In this document: positions 13,660-27,775 of the stretch, piece by piece
Layout: the number at the start of each line of letters is the position of its first letter
How positions within the stretch are numbered: position 1 is the first letter of the stretch
Source of the DNA: Mustelus asterias
Lineage: Eukaryota
Direction: 5' to 3'
Length of the DNA stretch: 63,906 nt
NCBI RefSeq assembly: GCF_964213995.1
Contig: NW_027590205.1
Span: 682,001-745,906 of the forward strand
Notes under the pieces: model-generated
The model's input: the letters and a program-made list of their open reading frames with translations, nothing else
Told to the model about the DNA's origin: nothing
The model's database searches: none
Translations under genes and position numbers: made by a program

Positions 13660-16169
13660 ATGCATATAGCACCAAAAGGTCTGCTGTTTGCCATTTACTA
13701 TCCCGTCCTTGCCGCTATCGGGATTCCAGGTAAGGTCTGTTAGTTCGCTTTATCTCATTAATGACCCTCTCGTAATGTAATTCAGGCTAATAATAGGAAT
13801 ATTCTTTTTACGGCATAAGTGATACATTTGCTCATTGATCTATATGAATTCTAATGATATACTGATGTAACTTCCACTCTTTTAGAGTTTCATGTTTTTT
13901 TTATTTACTTTAGCTGCCTTAATTCTTCGTATTAGCGTAAAATTGTTCCACTTTTTGGCATTACTTCCCGAATTTTTTCCTCCCTCCAACAGTGTCTTCT
14001 ATTTATCTCTACACTCTCACATGTAAAGTGCACTCTTGTGTTATTGGCAATACTGCCGTGGGAGTATTATTTTTAGGTTGTGAGTTGCAAAAATTGTCCA
14101 TTTGGCATTACTGGTGTTGATGAATTCTCACTTGGATATCACTGCATCCGTACAAATTCTTGTCTGGCTGGCGCTATGTTTGTGGGTGAATTCCGACATT
14201 TGCATCACTGTTAAATTATTGATCTTGTTTATCGCTGACATTGACAGTGACGAAGTAAATTGCATAAATGGTTCATGGTTTGAGGGATTAGAATATTGGT
14301 CGATTTTCGGATGAAAATAAGAAAATATTTTATTGAATAGTCATTGTAAGGTTCCGAGTTGTTAATAGCTGTGTGACGCATGTAGCAGCCGCCCTTTGCT
14401 GTATTGTTTACATTTGCTTGAACTGACAAAGCAGAGTGTTTTTGCCCGAGCCCCGAATGGACAGTGCATAAAACTGTCTCGGCTCTTTACTATTAACTGC
14501 TGCGGATGGTACCACGTTGAGTACAGCTGAGTTCTGGGCTTCTTATTGCTCGTATCATCTGTCATGATTGAGCAATGTTCCCAGCTTTCATATTGTTTTT
14601 GATATTGACTGAGGCCAGGTATCTGGTGACAGCTATCACATCAAAGACGCAAAGTTTTGAGTTCAAACATCCACTGCAGGTCAAAGTTGATCATTATTCG
14701 GAGAAATGCTGTTCAACCCTGAGGAAATGTTGCATTGCAGGTGGGCCATTCTCCTGTTGCCAAGTCATCATCTGGCTCAGATTGGCACAGAACGTCTCAG
14801 GTAATTATCAGGTCAAGAAACTTGATTTACCACTATGTCCTATTCAAAAAACCCTCTGCAAAATCAGAGAAACGCTCATTGTCCATTCGCTATTCCTGAA
14901 GATGATTATGATCAAGTTGATTTAATGGAATTGCCACAATCATTTTACAGTAATTCATTCAATGTGACCACGTTCAGACCCGGGCGAGATGGAATGTGCT
15001 TTCTGGTTGGATTTAAGACATGCGTTGTTTTGTGCTTTTGTTACCGAGTGGAATGATTGCTATGATTGCCTGGTGACTTGATTTCTTTTTCTAGCCTATT
15101 TCCCACAGTGTTGTAATGTGATTTCAATGCAATTCTCTAACGGTTCTATTGATATGCGCCATTAAAAAATGATATGAAAATGATCGAACTTACTTCGAAT
15201 TCGGATGCTGATATTCATCAAAACTAAACCAGTCACCATTTTTTTTCCTCTTTTACAGCTAACTTGGCAGTGATTGTGATCTTGTCTCGAAGATCATGTG
15301 GTCTCTCCGGATGTATTCGGTGTTACGTCGTGTCGATGGCAGTTACGGACCTCCTGGTCATTATCACAACCGTGATATTAAACAAGATTGCTGGTATTTA
15401 TTTCCCAGTCAGTTTCCTGTCGATAACACCAATATGCAATCTCCGCACTGTGCTAATCTACTCAGCAATAGACAGTTCAGCATGGTTAACGGTCGCTTTC
15501 ACTTTTGATCGATTTGTAGCTATTTCCTGTCAGAAGATGAAAATAAAATACTGCAAGGAGAAAACAGCAGCATGGGTGATAGGGATAATCTCTGCTCTGA
15601 GCTTTGTAAAAAATGGCTTCTTGTATTTTGTGTTTGAACCTCTATACGTAATTAATAATATGCCGTGGTTCTGTGTGGTGAAATCGATATTCTATACATC
15701 AGTTGCATGGGCCGCATACGAGTGGATTTGTTCCATTTTAATGCCCTGCATCCCGTTCATTGTGGTTTTATTGCTCAATGCCCTGACCGTCAGACACATT
15801 CTCGCGGCCAACAAAGCCCGCAGGAGACTCCAGACACTGAGCAATGGCGAGAATCAGGGTGATGCACAGATGGATAAGAGGAGAAGGTCCATGGTTTTGC
15901 TCTTTGCAATCTCGGGTAGTTTCATTTTGTTATATTCATTATTTTTCACAACGATCCTCTATATCCAAATTGCAGAGGTTCCTTATTCCTCAGTTCCTGA
16001 TATCAGTGAACCATCATTTATCTTGGAAGAAAGCGGACATATGCTTCAGTTGTTGAGTTCCTGTACCAACCCATTTATTTACGCTGGGGTGCAGTCTAAA
16101 TTCAGAACAGAGTTAAAAAATGTTGTGAACTTCCCACTGAGCCGACTTGTTAAATTACTTAGGTTTTGA
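13660..16169 (+). CDS. Class A GPCR, GPR139/GPR142-like; exon 1 13660-13729, exon 2 15259-16169 (~326 aa)
   Basis: Exon 1 MHIAPKGLLFAIYYPVLAAIGIP with GTAAG donor; acceptor ttttacag restores ANL; seven hydrophobic segments with MAVTDL, FDRF and NPFIY motifs; frame intact. Confidence 0.88.
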
Positions 16170-17487
16170 GAAGAGGAAAATTATGCATGAATTTTTCATT
16201 TAAGCTCCAAAAATTTCCGGGCTTGATCATAGCACTCACGGCCGCCCTCCCAATTTTGAGTCACGCTTAATCATTCACCAAATATGTGAATATAATTATA
16301 TGGGAGAGATTCTCGATTCGATCTGCATTTTCACCCAAAAAAAAGCTTTCCAGTTCTCTTCTCGGTACAGCCTCGAGGACTGTGTTCCTGTCAACTTCGA
16401 GGGCATTTGCAGTTGGAATCAGAAGGTTATGTCTCCTGAGGTTACCAGCCCATTGCCAGTGTACTCGAAGTAACGGCAGGAGAGACAGACCGGTGAGCAC
16501 AGCATAAAACAGCCAAACGTGTAGTGAGGCAGCGTCCATCTTGGCGGAAGACTAGTGGGGGGGGGGGGGGCGTCTGGGGGGTGGGAGTAGAGGTACTCAG
16601 ATTCAAAGTGATGACAAAAACCTGGTGTGTGCTCGGTGGTGTCAGATGCTGCAGCTGCTGTGGACATGAGAACATCTGGAAAATAGTTGACAGGCTATGC
16701 ACTCTCATGCGTGGAGTTTTATTCATGAAGGATGAATTTAGAGCAGCTGGGAAGGCCAATTCTCTGTCTCTCCACAATTCCTTCACATGCAAATGTCATA
16801 AGTGGACTCACCGTCCATTCTTCCATTCTGAATTAACGATATTGTTATATAATTGCATTTTAGAAGTTTTTATTTGAGTAGCTCAGGTTCTTTATGATGT
16901 AATTATTGGAAGAAATCAATTTCATTCTAAAATTAAGTGGCATTGACACGAATGTTGCCATAAAATAAAGGGAAAAGCTGAAGCAGGAAGATTCATTGCC
17001 TCTTTGACATTCAGATTGCTCAGAGATATCTTTATTTGACACTATTCCGTGCATGCTTTCAGTGAATCGAGCAGAATTCGTCTCCCAATGCGTGCTCCGT
17101 AACCTGTGCTCTCGAAGTTCGTAAGAACTGGTGAACTGTGTCAAACGATAATTGCTCTCTTCGTTTCATGTTTTTGCTGATGGCTCTTCATATGTATATT
17201 TGAAATAAATTCACCAGTAAACTCATGCAACGCAATGAGAAGTCGTTTCAATCCTCATTTTATCAATTAAATGTTGGTGGACAAGTACAGTCAGTAGACA
17301 TATGACCTTGATATTATCATTCTTATAGTGCATGCAACTTGAACTTGCCCTTCCTGTATGTTCGAATTCCAAAATAATACGGTAAAAAAACAGCGGATGA
17401 ATGTTTTCTCTCGATTACGAACTTGTAACTGCTTTCATCTCTTAGTCACCGAAACGGCTGTCTGTTTGACAAGTAAATATTAACATG

Positions 17488-20400
17488 ATTGTTCCACTGG
17501 AGCAAGCTGAGAGGGAGTGATTGGAGGCAGCAGGGCTGGTGAGAGATTAATTGAATTGTTTATTTATTTAGTTAGTCAGCTAGCGTGTGTTTTTTTTTTG
17601 GCCTTTACTTTTGCAGTTGTATTTTAAGTTTAAAGTGAAAACTGGAAGTGGGCTGCTAAGGAGTCTGGGAAGGGTTTTTATTTTAACTTTAAAAGTCAGT
17701 TACCTGGGAGGTTCCTCCTCATTGTTCCACTGGAGCAAGCTGAGAGGGAGTGATTGGAGTCAGCAGTGCTGGTGAGAGATTAATTGAATTGTTTATTTAT
17801 TTAATTAGTTAGCTCGTGTGTGTTTTCTTTGGCCTTTACTTTTGCAGTTGTATTTTAAGTTTAAAGTGAAAACTGGAAGTGGGCTGCGAAGGAGTCTGGG
17901 AAGGGTTTTTTAAGTGCGTGAAGTATAAAAGGTCGGCTGCAGTATACAGCGGGCAGCGTCGGGAGCGGGCTGTGGAGTGAGTGGGAAACAGAGTGTGAGC
18001 TATAAGGCTTTGGCTCACAGGGCTTAGGCAGAAAGGACAAGCAGGTGTGAGTTTAATTCATTTTTGCTGTTTCTACCTGGTACTGGCAAGGTATCTAGAG
18101 GGGGTGGGTGTGCGGGCAGTGCTATGTTCCTCTTGCACTATGTTTAAGGTGAGGGACGACGACAGTGTCCCTGCTGATTACACCTGTGGGAAGTGCACCC
18201 ATCTGCAGCTCCTCCAAAACCGTGTGAGGGAACTGGAGCTGGAGTTGGATGAACTTAGGATCATTAGGGACGCAGAGGTGGCCGTAGACAGAAGCTTTAG
18301 GAATACAGTTACTCCGAGGAATGAAAACAGATGGGTGACGGTGAGAGGGGCTGGGAGGAAGCAGTCCGTGCAGGGATCCCCGGTGGTTGTTCCCCTCAGC
18401 AACAAGTATTCCGCTTTGGATACGGTTGAGGGGGATGACATACCAGTGGTGAGCCGCAGTGAGAGGATCTCCAGCACTGTGTCCGTCTCTGTGGCTCGGG
18501 AGGGTAAGGGCAGAGCGGGAGGGCAATAGTTATTGGTGACTCGTTAGAGGGATAGATAGGAGGTTCTGTGGCAGCAAAAGAGACTCACGGATGGTATGTT
18601 GCCAAGGTCCGTGACGTCTCAGACCGTGTTTTCCGGATTCTGAAGGGGGAGGGGAAACAGTCACAAGTCGTGGTACACATTGGTATCAATGACATAGGTA
18701 AGAGAAGGGACGGGGATTTAAAGCGGGAATTTCTGGAGCTGGGCTGGAAGCTGAGAGCCAAGACGAAACATGTAGTCATCTCTGGTACGTTGCCGGTGCC
18801 ACGTGATAGCGAGTTGAGGAACAGGGAGAGAGTGCAGTTAAACATGTGGTTGCAGGCATGGTGTAGGAGGGAGGGTTTCAGATACGTGGATAATTGGAAC
18901 ACATTCTGGGGAAGGTGGGACCTGTACAAACAGGACGGGGTGCACCTGAACCAGAGGGGCGCCAATATCCTAGGAGGGAAATTTGTTACGGCTCTTCAGG
19001 GGGGTTTAAACTAATTTGTCAGGGGAGTGGGAAAAGGAGTTGTAGTCCAGAAGTCAGTGAGGGTGGTGAGGTATTGGGGAAGGTATCAGGGTCAAGGGTG
19101 GGTACCGGTAGACAGGAAGGTGGGTTGAAGTGTGTCTACTTCAATGCAAGGAGCATCTGGAACAAGGTAGATGAACTTGGGGCGTGGATTGGTACTTGGG
19201 ACTACGATGTTGTGGCCATTACGGAGACGTGGGTAGAACAAGGACAGGAATGGTTGTTGGACGTTCCGGGGTATAGATGTTTCACTAAGTGTAGGGAAGC
19301 TGGTAAAAGAGGTGGAGGAGTGGCATTGTTAATCAAGGATAGTTTAACGGCTGCGGAAAGGCACTTCGAGGGGGATCTGCACACTGAGGTAATATGGGCT
19401 GAGGTTAGAAATAGGAAAGGAGCGGTCACGTTGTTGGGAGTTTACTATAGGCCCCCAAATAGTAACAGAGATGTGGAGGAAGAAATTGCTAAGCAGATTA
19501 TGGATATGTGTGGGGGTCACAGGGTAGTTGTCATGGGGGACTGTAACTTTCCAAATATTGATTGGAACCTTTGGAGGTCAAATAGTTCGGATGGGGCAGT
19601 TTTTGTGCAGTGTGTGCAGGAGGGGTTCCTGACACAATATGTGGATAGGCCAACAAGAGGTGAGGCCACATTGGATTTGGTACTGGGAAATGAACCGGGC
19701 CAAGTGTTAGATTTGGTTGTGGGAGAGCACTTTGGAGATAGTGACCACAATTCGGTGTCTTTTGTTATTGCAATGGAGAGGGATAGGGCCGTACGGCAGG
19801 GCAAGGTTTACAATTGGGGGAGAAGTAATTATGATGCGATTAGGCAAGAATTAGGGGGCATAAGTTGGGAACAGAAACTGTCAGGAAAAGGAACTAATGA
19901 AAAGTGGAACTTTTTCAAGGAACAAATACTGGATGTCCTTGATAGGTATGTCCCTTGATAGGTATTCTCCAAGGCGGCCTTCGCGACACACGACAGCGCA
20001 GAGTCGCGGAGCAGAAACTGATAGCCAGGTTCCGCACACACAAGGACGGCCTCAACCGGGATATTGGGTTTATGTCACACTATTTCACATAAATATTTCT
20101 GCTTTTTTCCTCCTGAGTCTTTATCATGCGATCCTAGAATCAGAATTTATGTCACACTATTTGTAACTCCCACAGTTGCGTGGACCTGCAGAGTTTCACT
20201 GGCTGTCTTGTCTGGAGACAATACACATCTTTTTAGCCTGTCTTGATGCTCTCTCCACTCCCATTGTTTTGTTTCTTAAAGACCGGATTAGTTGTAAGTA
20301 TTCGCATTCCAACCATTATTCATGTAAATTGAGTCTGTGTCTTTATAAGTTCTGTTTGTGAACAGAATTCCCACTCACCTGAAGAAGGGGCTCAGAGCCT

Positions 20401-22509
20401 CGAAAGCTTGTGTGGCTTTTGCTACCAAATAAACCTGTTGGACTTTAACCTGGTGTTGTTAAACTTCTTAATGTCCCTGTCAGGCAGGGAGGAAATGGCC
20501 GAGTGAGGGAACAATGGTTCACAAAAGAGGTGGAATGTCTTGTGAAAAGGAAGAGGGAAGCTTATGTAGGGATGAGGAAACAAGGTTCAGATGGCTCGAT
20601 TGAGGGTTACAAGTTAGCAAGGAATGAGCTGAAAAAGGGGCTTAGGAGAGCTAGGAGGGGACATGAGAAGTCCGTGGCGGGTCGGATCAAGGAAAACCCC
20701 AAGGCTTTTTACTCTTATGTGAGGAATAAAAGAATGACCAGGATGAGGTTAGGGCCGGTCAAGGACAGTAGTGGGAACTTGTGTATGGAGTCAGTAGAGA
20801 TAGGCGAGGTGATGAATGAATACTTTTCTTCAGTGTTCACCAAGGAGAGGGGCCATGTTTTTGAGGAACAGAAGGTGTTACAGGCTAATAGGCTGGAGGA
20901 AATAGATGTTTGGAGGGAGGATGTCCTGGCAGTTTTGAATAAACTGAAGGTCGATAAGTCCCCTGGGCCTGATGAAATGTATCCTAGGATTCTTTGGGAG
21001 GCAAGGGATGAGATTGCAGAGCCTTTGGCTTTGATCTTTGGGTCCTCGCTGTCCACGGGGATGGTGCCAGAGGACTGGAGAATGGCGAATGTTGTTCCTC
21101 TGTTTAAGAAAGGGAATAGATATGACCCTGGTAATTATAGACCGGTTAGTCTTACTTCGGTGGTTGGTAAATTGATGGAAAAGGTCCTTAGAGATGGGAT
21201 TTATGACCATTTAGAAAGATGCGGATTAATCCGAGATAGTCAGCACGGATTCGTGAAGGGCAAGTCGTGCCTCACAAATTTGATAGAATTTTTTGAGGAG
21301 GTAACTAAGTGTGTTGATGAAGGTAGGGCAGTTGATGTCATATACATGGATTTTAGTAAGGCGTTTGATAAGGTCCCCCATGGTCGGCTTATGATGAAAG
21401 TGAGGAGGTGTGGGATAGAGGGAAAGTTGGCCGATTGGATAGGTAACTGGCTGTCTGATCGAAGACAGAGGGTGGTGGTCGATGGAAAATTTTCGGATTG
21501 GAGGCAGGTTGCTAGCGGAGTGCCGCAGGGATCAATGCTTGGTCTCTGCTCTTTGTGATTTTTATTAATGACTTAGAGGAGGGGGCTGAAGGGTGGATCA
21601 GTAAATTTGCTGATGACACCAAGATTGGTGGAGTAGTGGATGAGGTGGAGCGCTGTTGTAGGCTGCAAAGACACATAGATAGGATGCCAAGCTGGGCTGA
21701 AAAAATGGCAAATGGAGTTTAACCCTGATAAATGTGAGGTGATTCATTTTGGTAGGACTCATTTAAATGTGGATTACAGGGTCAAAGGTAGGGTTCTGAA
21801 GACTGTGGAGGAACAGAGAGATCTTGGGGTCCATATCCACAGATCTCTGAAGGTTGCCACTCCAGTGGATAGAGCTGTGAAGAAGGCCTATAGTGTGTTA
21901 GCTTTTATGAACAGGGGGTTGGCGTTTAAGAGCAGTGGGGTTATGCAGCAACTGTACAGGACCTTAGTGAGACCACATTTGGAATATTGTGTGCAGTTCT
22001 GGTCACCTCACTATAAGAAGGATGTGGAAGCGCTGGAAAGAGTGCAGAGGAGATTTACCAGGATGCTGCCTGGTTTGGAGGGTCGGTCTTATGAGGAAAG
22101 GTTGAGGGAGCTAGGGCTGTTCTCTCTGGAGCGGAGGAGGCTGAGGGGAGACTTCATAGAGGTTTATAAAATGATGAAGGGGATAGATAGAGTGAACGTT
22201 CAAAGATTATTTCCTCGGGTGGATGGAGCCATTACAAGGCGGCATAACTACAGGGTTCGTGGTGGGAGATACAGGAAGGATATCAGAGGTAGGTTCTTTA
22301 CGCAGAGAGTGGTTGGGGTGTGGAATGGACTGCCTGCAGTGATAGTGGAGTCAGACACTTTAGGAACATTTAAGCGGTTATTGGCTAGGTACATGGAGCA
22401 CACCAGGATGATAGGGAGTGGGATAGCTTGATCTTGGTTTCAGATAAAGCTCGGCACAACATCGTGGGCCGAAGGGCCTGTTCTGTGCTGTACTGTTCTA
22501 TGTTCTATG
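17488..22509 (+). mobile_element. Full-length decayed CR1 LINE (ORF1 Zn-finger/leucine-zipper/SGNH esterase; ORF2 APE-RT)
   Basis: ORF1 CSSC...CGKC, ELELELDEL, VIGDS, HIGIND, DGVHLN; ORF2 YFNARS, SDHN, FADD; (gttctat)n tail; several frameshifts; 5' end has a ~233-bp tandem duplication (17488 and 17721). Confidence 0.93.
19956..20470 (+). mobile_element. Penelope-like element 3' fragment inserted in CR1 ORF2
   Basis: ILQGGLRDTRQRRVAEQKLIARFRTHKDGLNRDIGFMSHY (GIY-YIG endonuclease C-terminus) plus pLTR; TSD atgtccct at 19948-19955 and 20471-20478. Confidence 0.85.
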
Positions 22510-23876
22510 AGCTGATTCAGGAAATGTTTCGACCGCTACCACTAGAGTCAAAAGGCTCGTCCCCTACCTCGTTTGTTGTTAGTTCTCCACGCATTTTCCT
22601 CCACGCAACAGCTTGAGAAAAATGCAATTTCACGCGGTGTGGGAAAGTCCACTTCGCCAAAACAAGGCAAATGAGCGATATTGTTCCTTTCAGCCTTTCC
22701 AACTATTTCAATTCTAACCCAAATGATTCCTGCATAGATAGATGCATATGAGTCGGCCTGTGTGTGTGTGTTCTTGGAGTTCCGCAGCTGTTCGACTGTT
22801 TTGCAACTGACCAGCCGGCACTGGAAGTTCCAGATCAAGAACTTTATTCATGTTAAAGCAAGAACGTCTGTCAGCCACTGGGGATCGCAAGCACTCCGAA
22901 TAAGAAAATGCAATGCCAGCTATGAACTTTAGCTCAACTACAAGCAATTATGTTCGACCATGAATAGATTTGTTTACAAATTATCTATGCCCATTCCGTT
23001 TAATATTTGGGATTACATAATGTATAACATGTGAGTATAGTTGTCCAATTACAATTTAAGTACATCTATTTAACTGCAATATCAACCATACATTCCATTC
23101 TATTGATCCACCAACGTCACGACATAATACCTATATATTTAATTGACCAATAGTTTATCGACTTCCATGTTTTCAGCGAATGTACACAAGTTTCAGCTGC
23201 ACAGAGTTCAATTTGATTCTTGTGTGTATATTATATCAAGAAATCCTTCGTGTAATTAAAACAACCATTGCCCTTGAATATTATTTGTATCTGAGAAACA
23301 TTTTGTTTCATCAGGGTCTCTCTGTCTTTGAAATTTTAACAGAATGCAACTTAAAAAAAAACTTGTATGATTTTTAACGCTTTCAGTACATATGTGTGTG
23401 TTTGTTGGTGTGTGCCTGTGTGTGTGTTTGTCTGTGCGTTTTTGTTCGTGCTTGGCCGTGTGTTTGTCTGCGTGTTTGTCTACGTGCTTGTCCATGTGTG
23501 TGCCTGTGTGTGTACTTGTCTTTCTGGCGGGCACGTTCGACATTTTTCCGATTGGCTTTCTGTTTCTGTCTGACCAATGGCTTATAGTTCAGAGTGAAAT
23601 CGGACCCTAAATATGCTGGAATCAAGAATTCAGATAAGCAAATACACTTTAAACATACACGAATAAAATATAAGTAGGGCTGGGCTGGATTTGTGACGGG
23701 ACGAAGAAAAGAAATAATAGCTGAGGAATGGAAAATTGAGAGAAATCTTTCGAGCCTTAATCACACTGTGTCCGTGCTGTATCAAAAAAAGAAGAGATAT
23801 CAACGTTTTCCCATTTTGCAGCTCTTGATCTACAAGAAACGAAGATACAGATAAAACAACTGATTTGGATTCCAAA

Positions 23877-24074
23877 NNNNNNNNNNNNNNNNNNNNNNNN
23901 NNNNNNNNNNNNNNNNNNNNNNNNNNNNNNNNNNNNNNNNNNNNNNNNNNNNNNNNNNNNNNNNNNNNNNNNNNNNNNNNNNNNNNNNNNNNNNNNNNNN
24001 NNNNNNNNNNNNNNNNNNNNNNNNNNNNNNNNNNNNNNNNNNNNNNNNNNNNNNNNNNNNNNNNNNNNNNNNNN
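23877..24074. other. Assembly gap (N run)
   Basis: About 200 N, typical of a fixed-size scaffold join. Confidence 0.99.
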
Positions 24075-24839
24075 CTATTTCTCTCTCTATCTCATACGCA
24101 CACACACAGATATATATGGACAGGCACACTTATAAACACAGAGACACTCACTCACACAGAGCAGAACAGACAGAAAAAAACAGAATTTTTCACAAGCACC
24201 CACAAATTAACAAAAAGACCATCACAGACACAAACAAAAAGAGGAACCAAGTTCACATATCAGGAAGTAGTCCTAAATCTTGATAAAATATACTATGTGT
24301 TTCAGCTGGTGTAGTGTGCTAATTGCTGGACCCCACACTTTGGGAAGCACATGAACACTTCCTTTAAGGCACAGAGATTTACTGGAATGGTCCCCAGGAT
24401 AAGATCGAACAGTTTCTCAGAGGGGCTGGTGAAAGTTGGGATATTTACCTCCGAACAGAGGTTTAATGGAGCAGTTTAAAATCATGACATGTAAATCAAG
24501 TCCTAAAATCTCCAACAAGAGGAGGTAGTTGCTCTTTATCAATCCTGTCCATTGCCATTAAGGTTTGATTGAAACTATATATGATATCATTCCTTCACTC
24601 TAACACCAGGGATTCAGTGTAAAGCTTCACCTCCACTGCAGATCCAAAAGTCCAAAGCCTGCTGGGAGTGGATTTATTTACAGTTTAAAATTCCCTCCGC
24701 TCTATCCTAGTGTCGTTTGAGATTTTTAATATGGAAATCAACCTCAAGATTCACAGCTCATCAGTGTGGGATTTTAAATCTGATTTTTCTTCTCCCCTCA
24801 CTTATCTTTTGCACTTTTGCAGTCACTCACGGTCTGGTT

Positions 24840-25690
24840 TTGCACTCCAAAGAAGTGTTCCGTGGTGCTTGAATTATCCAATGCTGGAGATGGAGACTCT
24901 GCCACAGCTTTCTTCGGTGGTGGGCAGGTGGGACACTCTGGATAATGTGCTCTCTTTCTGATGTTGATGTTTTGCCACCATGTGCTGTGCCCAGTGATGC
25001 TCGAGGTGATTCACGGATGTTTCTTCTCCATTTTGGTCATTCTACGGCAAGCAATTCCCAAGTGTCGATTCGGATGCTGTATTAATTTAGGGAGGCTTTC
25101 CGAGTGTCCTTATTCCTCTCCCCTCGAGTGATCGCGTACCTATACAGAGCTCGGTGCAGAGCACATGTTTTGGGAGATTTGAGTATGGCATGCGACTATG
25201 TGCCTTGTCGGTCACAGCTGGTCGAGTGTGACCAGTGCCTCGATATTGGGGATATTTGCATGGGAGAGGACACTCACATTCGTACGTCTATCCTCCCTGT
25301 TGCTCGAATTTGCAAAGGCAATATTGGTGATATCTCCAAATGGATTTGAGATGTCTGCAGTACATAACCCATGTTTCTCATGATTACAGCATGGTGGGGA
25401 CCACGAGCCTAGTGCTGGGTTTGAGATTTCCGTGTTTGAACATTCTGTTTCAGGCGTCCAAAGACTGCACTGGCACACTGGGGTCGATGCTGAATTTCAT
25501 CGCCAATTTCTGTTCCTGCCGAGAGGAGGCACCTGACTTATTGGAAATGATCCACGTTGTCCAAGGACTCCCCTTGGATCCTGATGGCTTGGAGGGTAGC
25601 TTTGTGTTGCAGGGGAGCACTGGTAGAGAACTTTTTAATTTTTACTGTTTAGTCCGACGCCCATCCTGTCATATGCCTTGCTGAATGTGT
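24840..25690 (-). mobile_element. Decayed RTE-clade LINE fragment
   Basis: Reverse translation gives LDNVDHF...EIGDEIQHRPQCASAVFGRL, typical of the RTE RT C-terminal region. Confidence 0.65.
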
Positions 25691-25940
25691 CCACAAATGC
25701 ACTGCCTGTTGATCGAATCGTTTGAGCTTTTAGTGGTGGAGTATTGACAAATGGGGTAACTTAATCAATCTCTTTGCACATGAGAAGTATCTAAATGGTG
25801 TCTGTCTGGTGAAAAGTAGTTGAGACCTGCTCATATCGGACATTATCTTCTTGAATGGCGGGTCAGGCGTGAGGGACCAACAGATTTCTCATATAGCAAA
25901 CCTGCCATCCCAGGAATCAGCCTGGTAAACCTTCGCTCTA

Positions 25941-27775
25941 GAACATAGAACATAGAACATAGAACATTACAGCGCAGAACAGGCCCTTCGGCCCACGATG
26001 TTGCACCGACCAGTTAAAAAAAAACTGTGACCCTCCAACCTAAACCAATTTCTTTTCGTCCATGAACCTATCTACGGATCTCTTAAACGCCCCCAAACTA
26101 GGCGCATTTACTACTGATGCTGGCAGGGCATTCCAATCCCTCACCACCCTCTGGGTAAAGAACCTACCCCTGACATCGGTTCTATAACTACCCCCCCTCA
26201 ATTTAAAGCCATGCCCCCTCGTGCTGGATTTCTCCATCAGAGGAAAAAGGCTATCACTATCCACCCTATCTAAACCTCTAATCATCTTATATGTTTCAAT
26301 AAGATCCCCTCTTAGCCGCCGCCTTTCCAGCGAAAACAATCCCAAATCCCTCAGCCTCTCCTCATAGGATCTCCCCTCCATACCAGGCAACATCCTGGTA
26401 AACCTCCTCTGCACCCTCTCCAAAGCCTCCACATCCTTCCTGTAATGTGGGGACCAGAACTGCACACAGTACTCCAAGTGCGGCCGCACCAGAGTTGTGT
26501 ACAGTTGCAACATAACGCTACGACTCCTAAATTCAATCCCCCTACCAATAAACGCCAAGACACCATATGCCTTCTTAACAACCTTATCTACTTGATTCCC
26601 AACTTTCAGGGATCTATGCACACATACACCTAGATCCCTCTGCTCCTCCACACTATTCAAAGTCCTCCCGTTAGCCCTATACTCAACACATCTGTTATTC
26701 CTACCAAAGTGAATTACCTCACACTTCTCCGCATTAAACTCCATCCGCCACCTCTCGGCCCAACTTTGCAACCTGTCTAAGTCTTCCTGCAAACTACGAC
26801 ACCCTTCCTCACTGTCTACCACACCACCGACTTTGGTGTCATCAGCAAATTTGCTAATCCACCCAACTATACCCTCATCCAGATCATTAATAAATATTAC
26901 AAACAGCAGTGGCCCCAAAACAGATCCCTGAGGTACACCACTTGTAACCGCACTCCATGATGAATATTTACTATCAACCACCACCCTCTGTTTCCTATCC
27001 GCTAGCCAATTCCTGATCCAATTTCCTAGATCACCCCCAATCCCATACATCTGCATTTTCTGCAGAAGCCTACCATGGTGAACCTTATCAAACGCCTTAC
27101 TAAAATCCATATATACCACGTCCACTGCCTTGCCCCCATCCACCTCCTTGGTCACTTTCTCAAAAAACTCAATAAGGTTAGTAAGGCACGACCTACCTGC
27201 CACAAAACCATGCTGACTATCACCTATCAATTCATTACTCTCCAAATAACTATAAATCCTATCCCTTATAATTTTTTCCAACATCTTGCCGACAACAGAA
27301 GTGAGACTCACCGGTCTATAATTCCCGGGGAAGTCTCTGTTCCCCTTCTTAAACAATGGGACAACATTCGCTAACCTCCAATCTTCTGGTACTATACCAG
27401 AGGCCAACGACGACCTGAAGATCAGAGCCAGAGGCTCTGCAATCACTTCTCTTGCCTCCCAGAGAATCCTTGGATAAATCCCATCCGGACCAGGGGATTT
27501 ATCTATTTTCAGACCCTCCAGAATATCCTGCACATCCTCCTTATCAACTGTAATACTGTCTATTCTACTCCCTTGCAACCCAGTGTCCTCCTCAGCTATA
27601 TTCATGTCCCCTTGCGTGAACACCGAAGAGAAATATTGGTTCAATGCTTCACCAATCTCCTCCGGTTCCACACATAACTTCCCTCTGCCATCTATAACTG
27701 GCCCTAAACTTGCCCTAACCAACCTTCTGTTCTTGACATACCTATAGAACGCCTTAGGATTCTCTTTAACCCTAC
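25941..27775 (-). mobile_element. 5'-truncated CR1 LINE with uninterrupted RT frame
   Basis: About 578 codons from KENPKAF to the stop with PQGSVLGP and FADD; (atgttct)n tail; inserted in an older LINE fragment. Confidence 0.93.
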
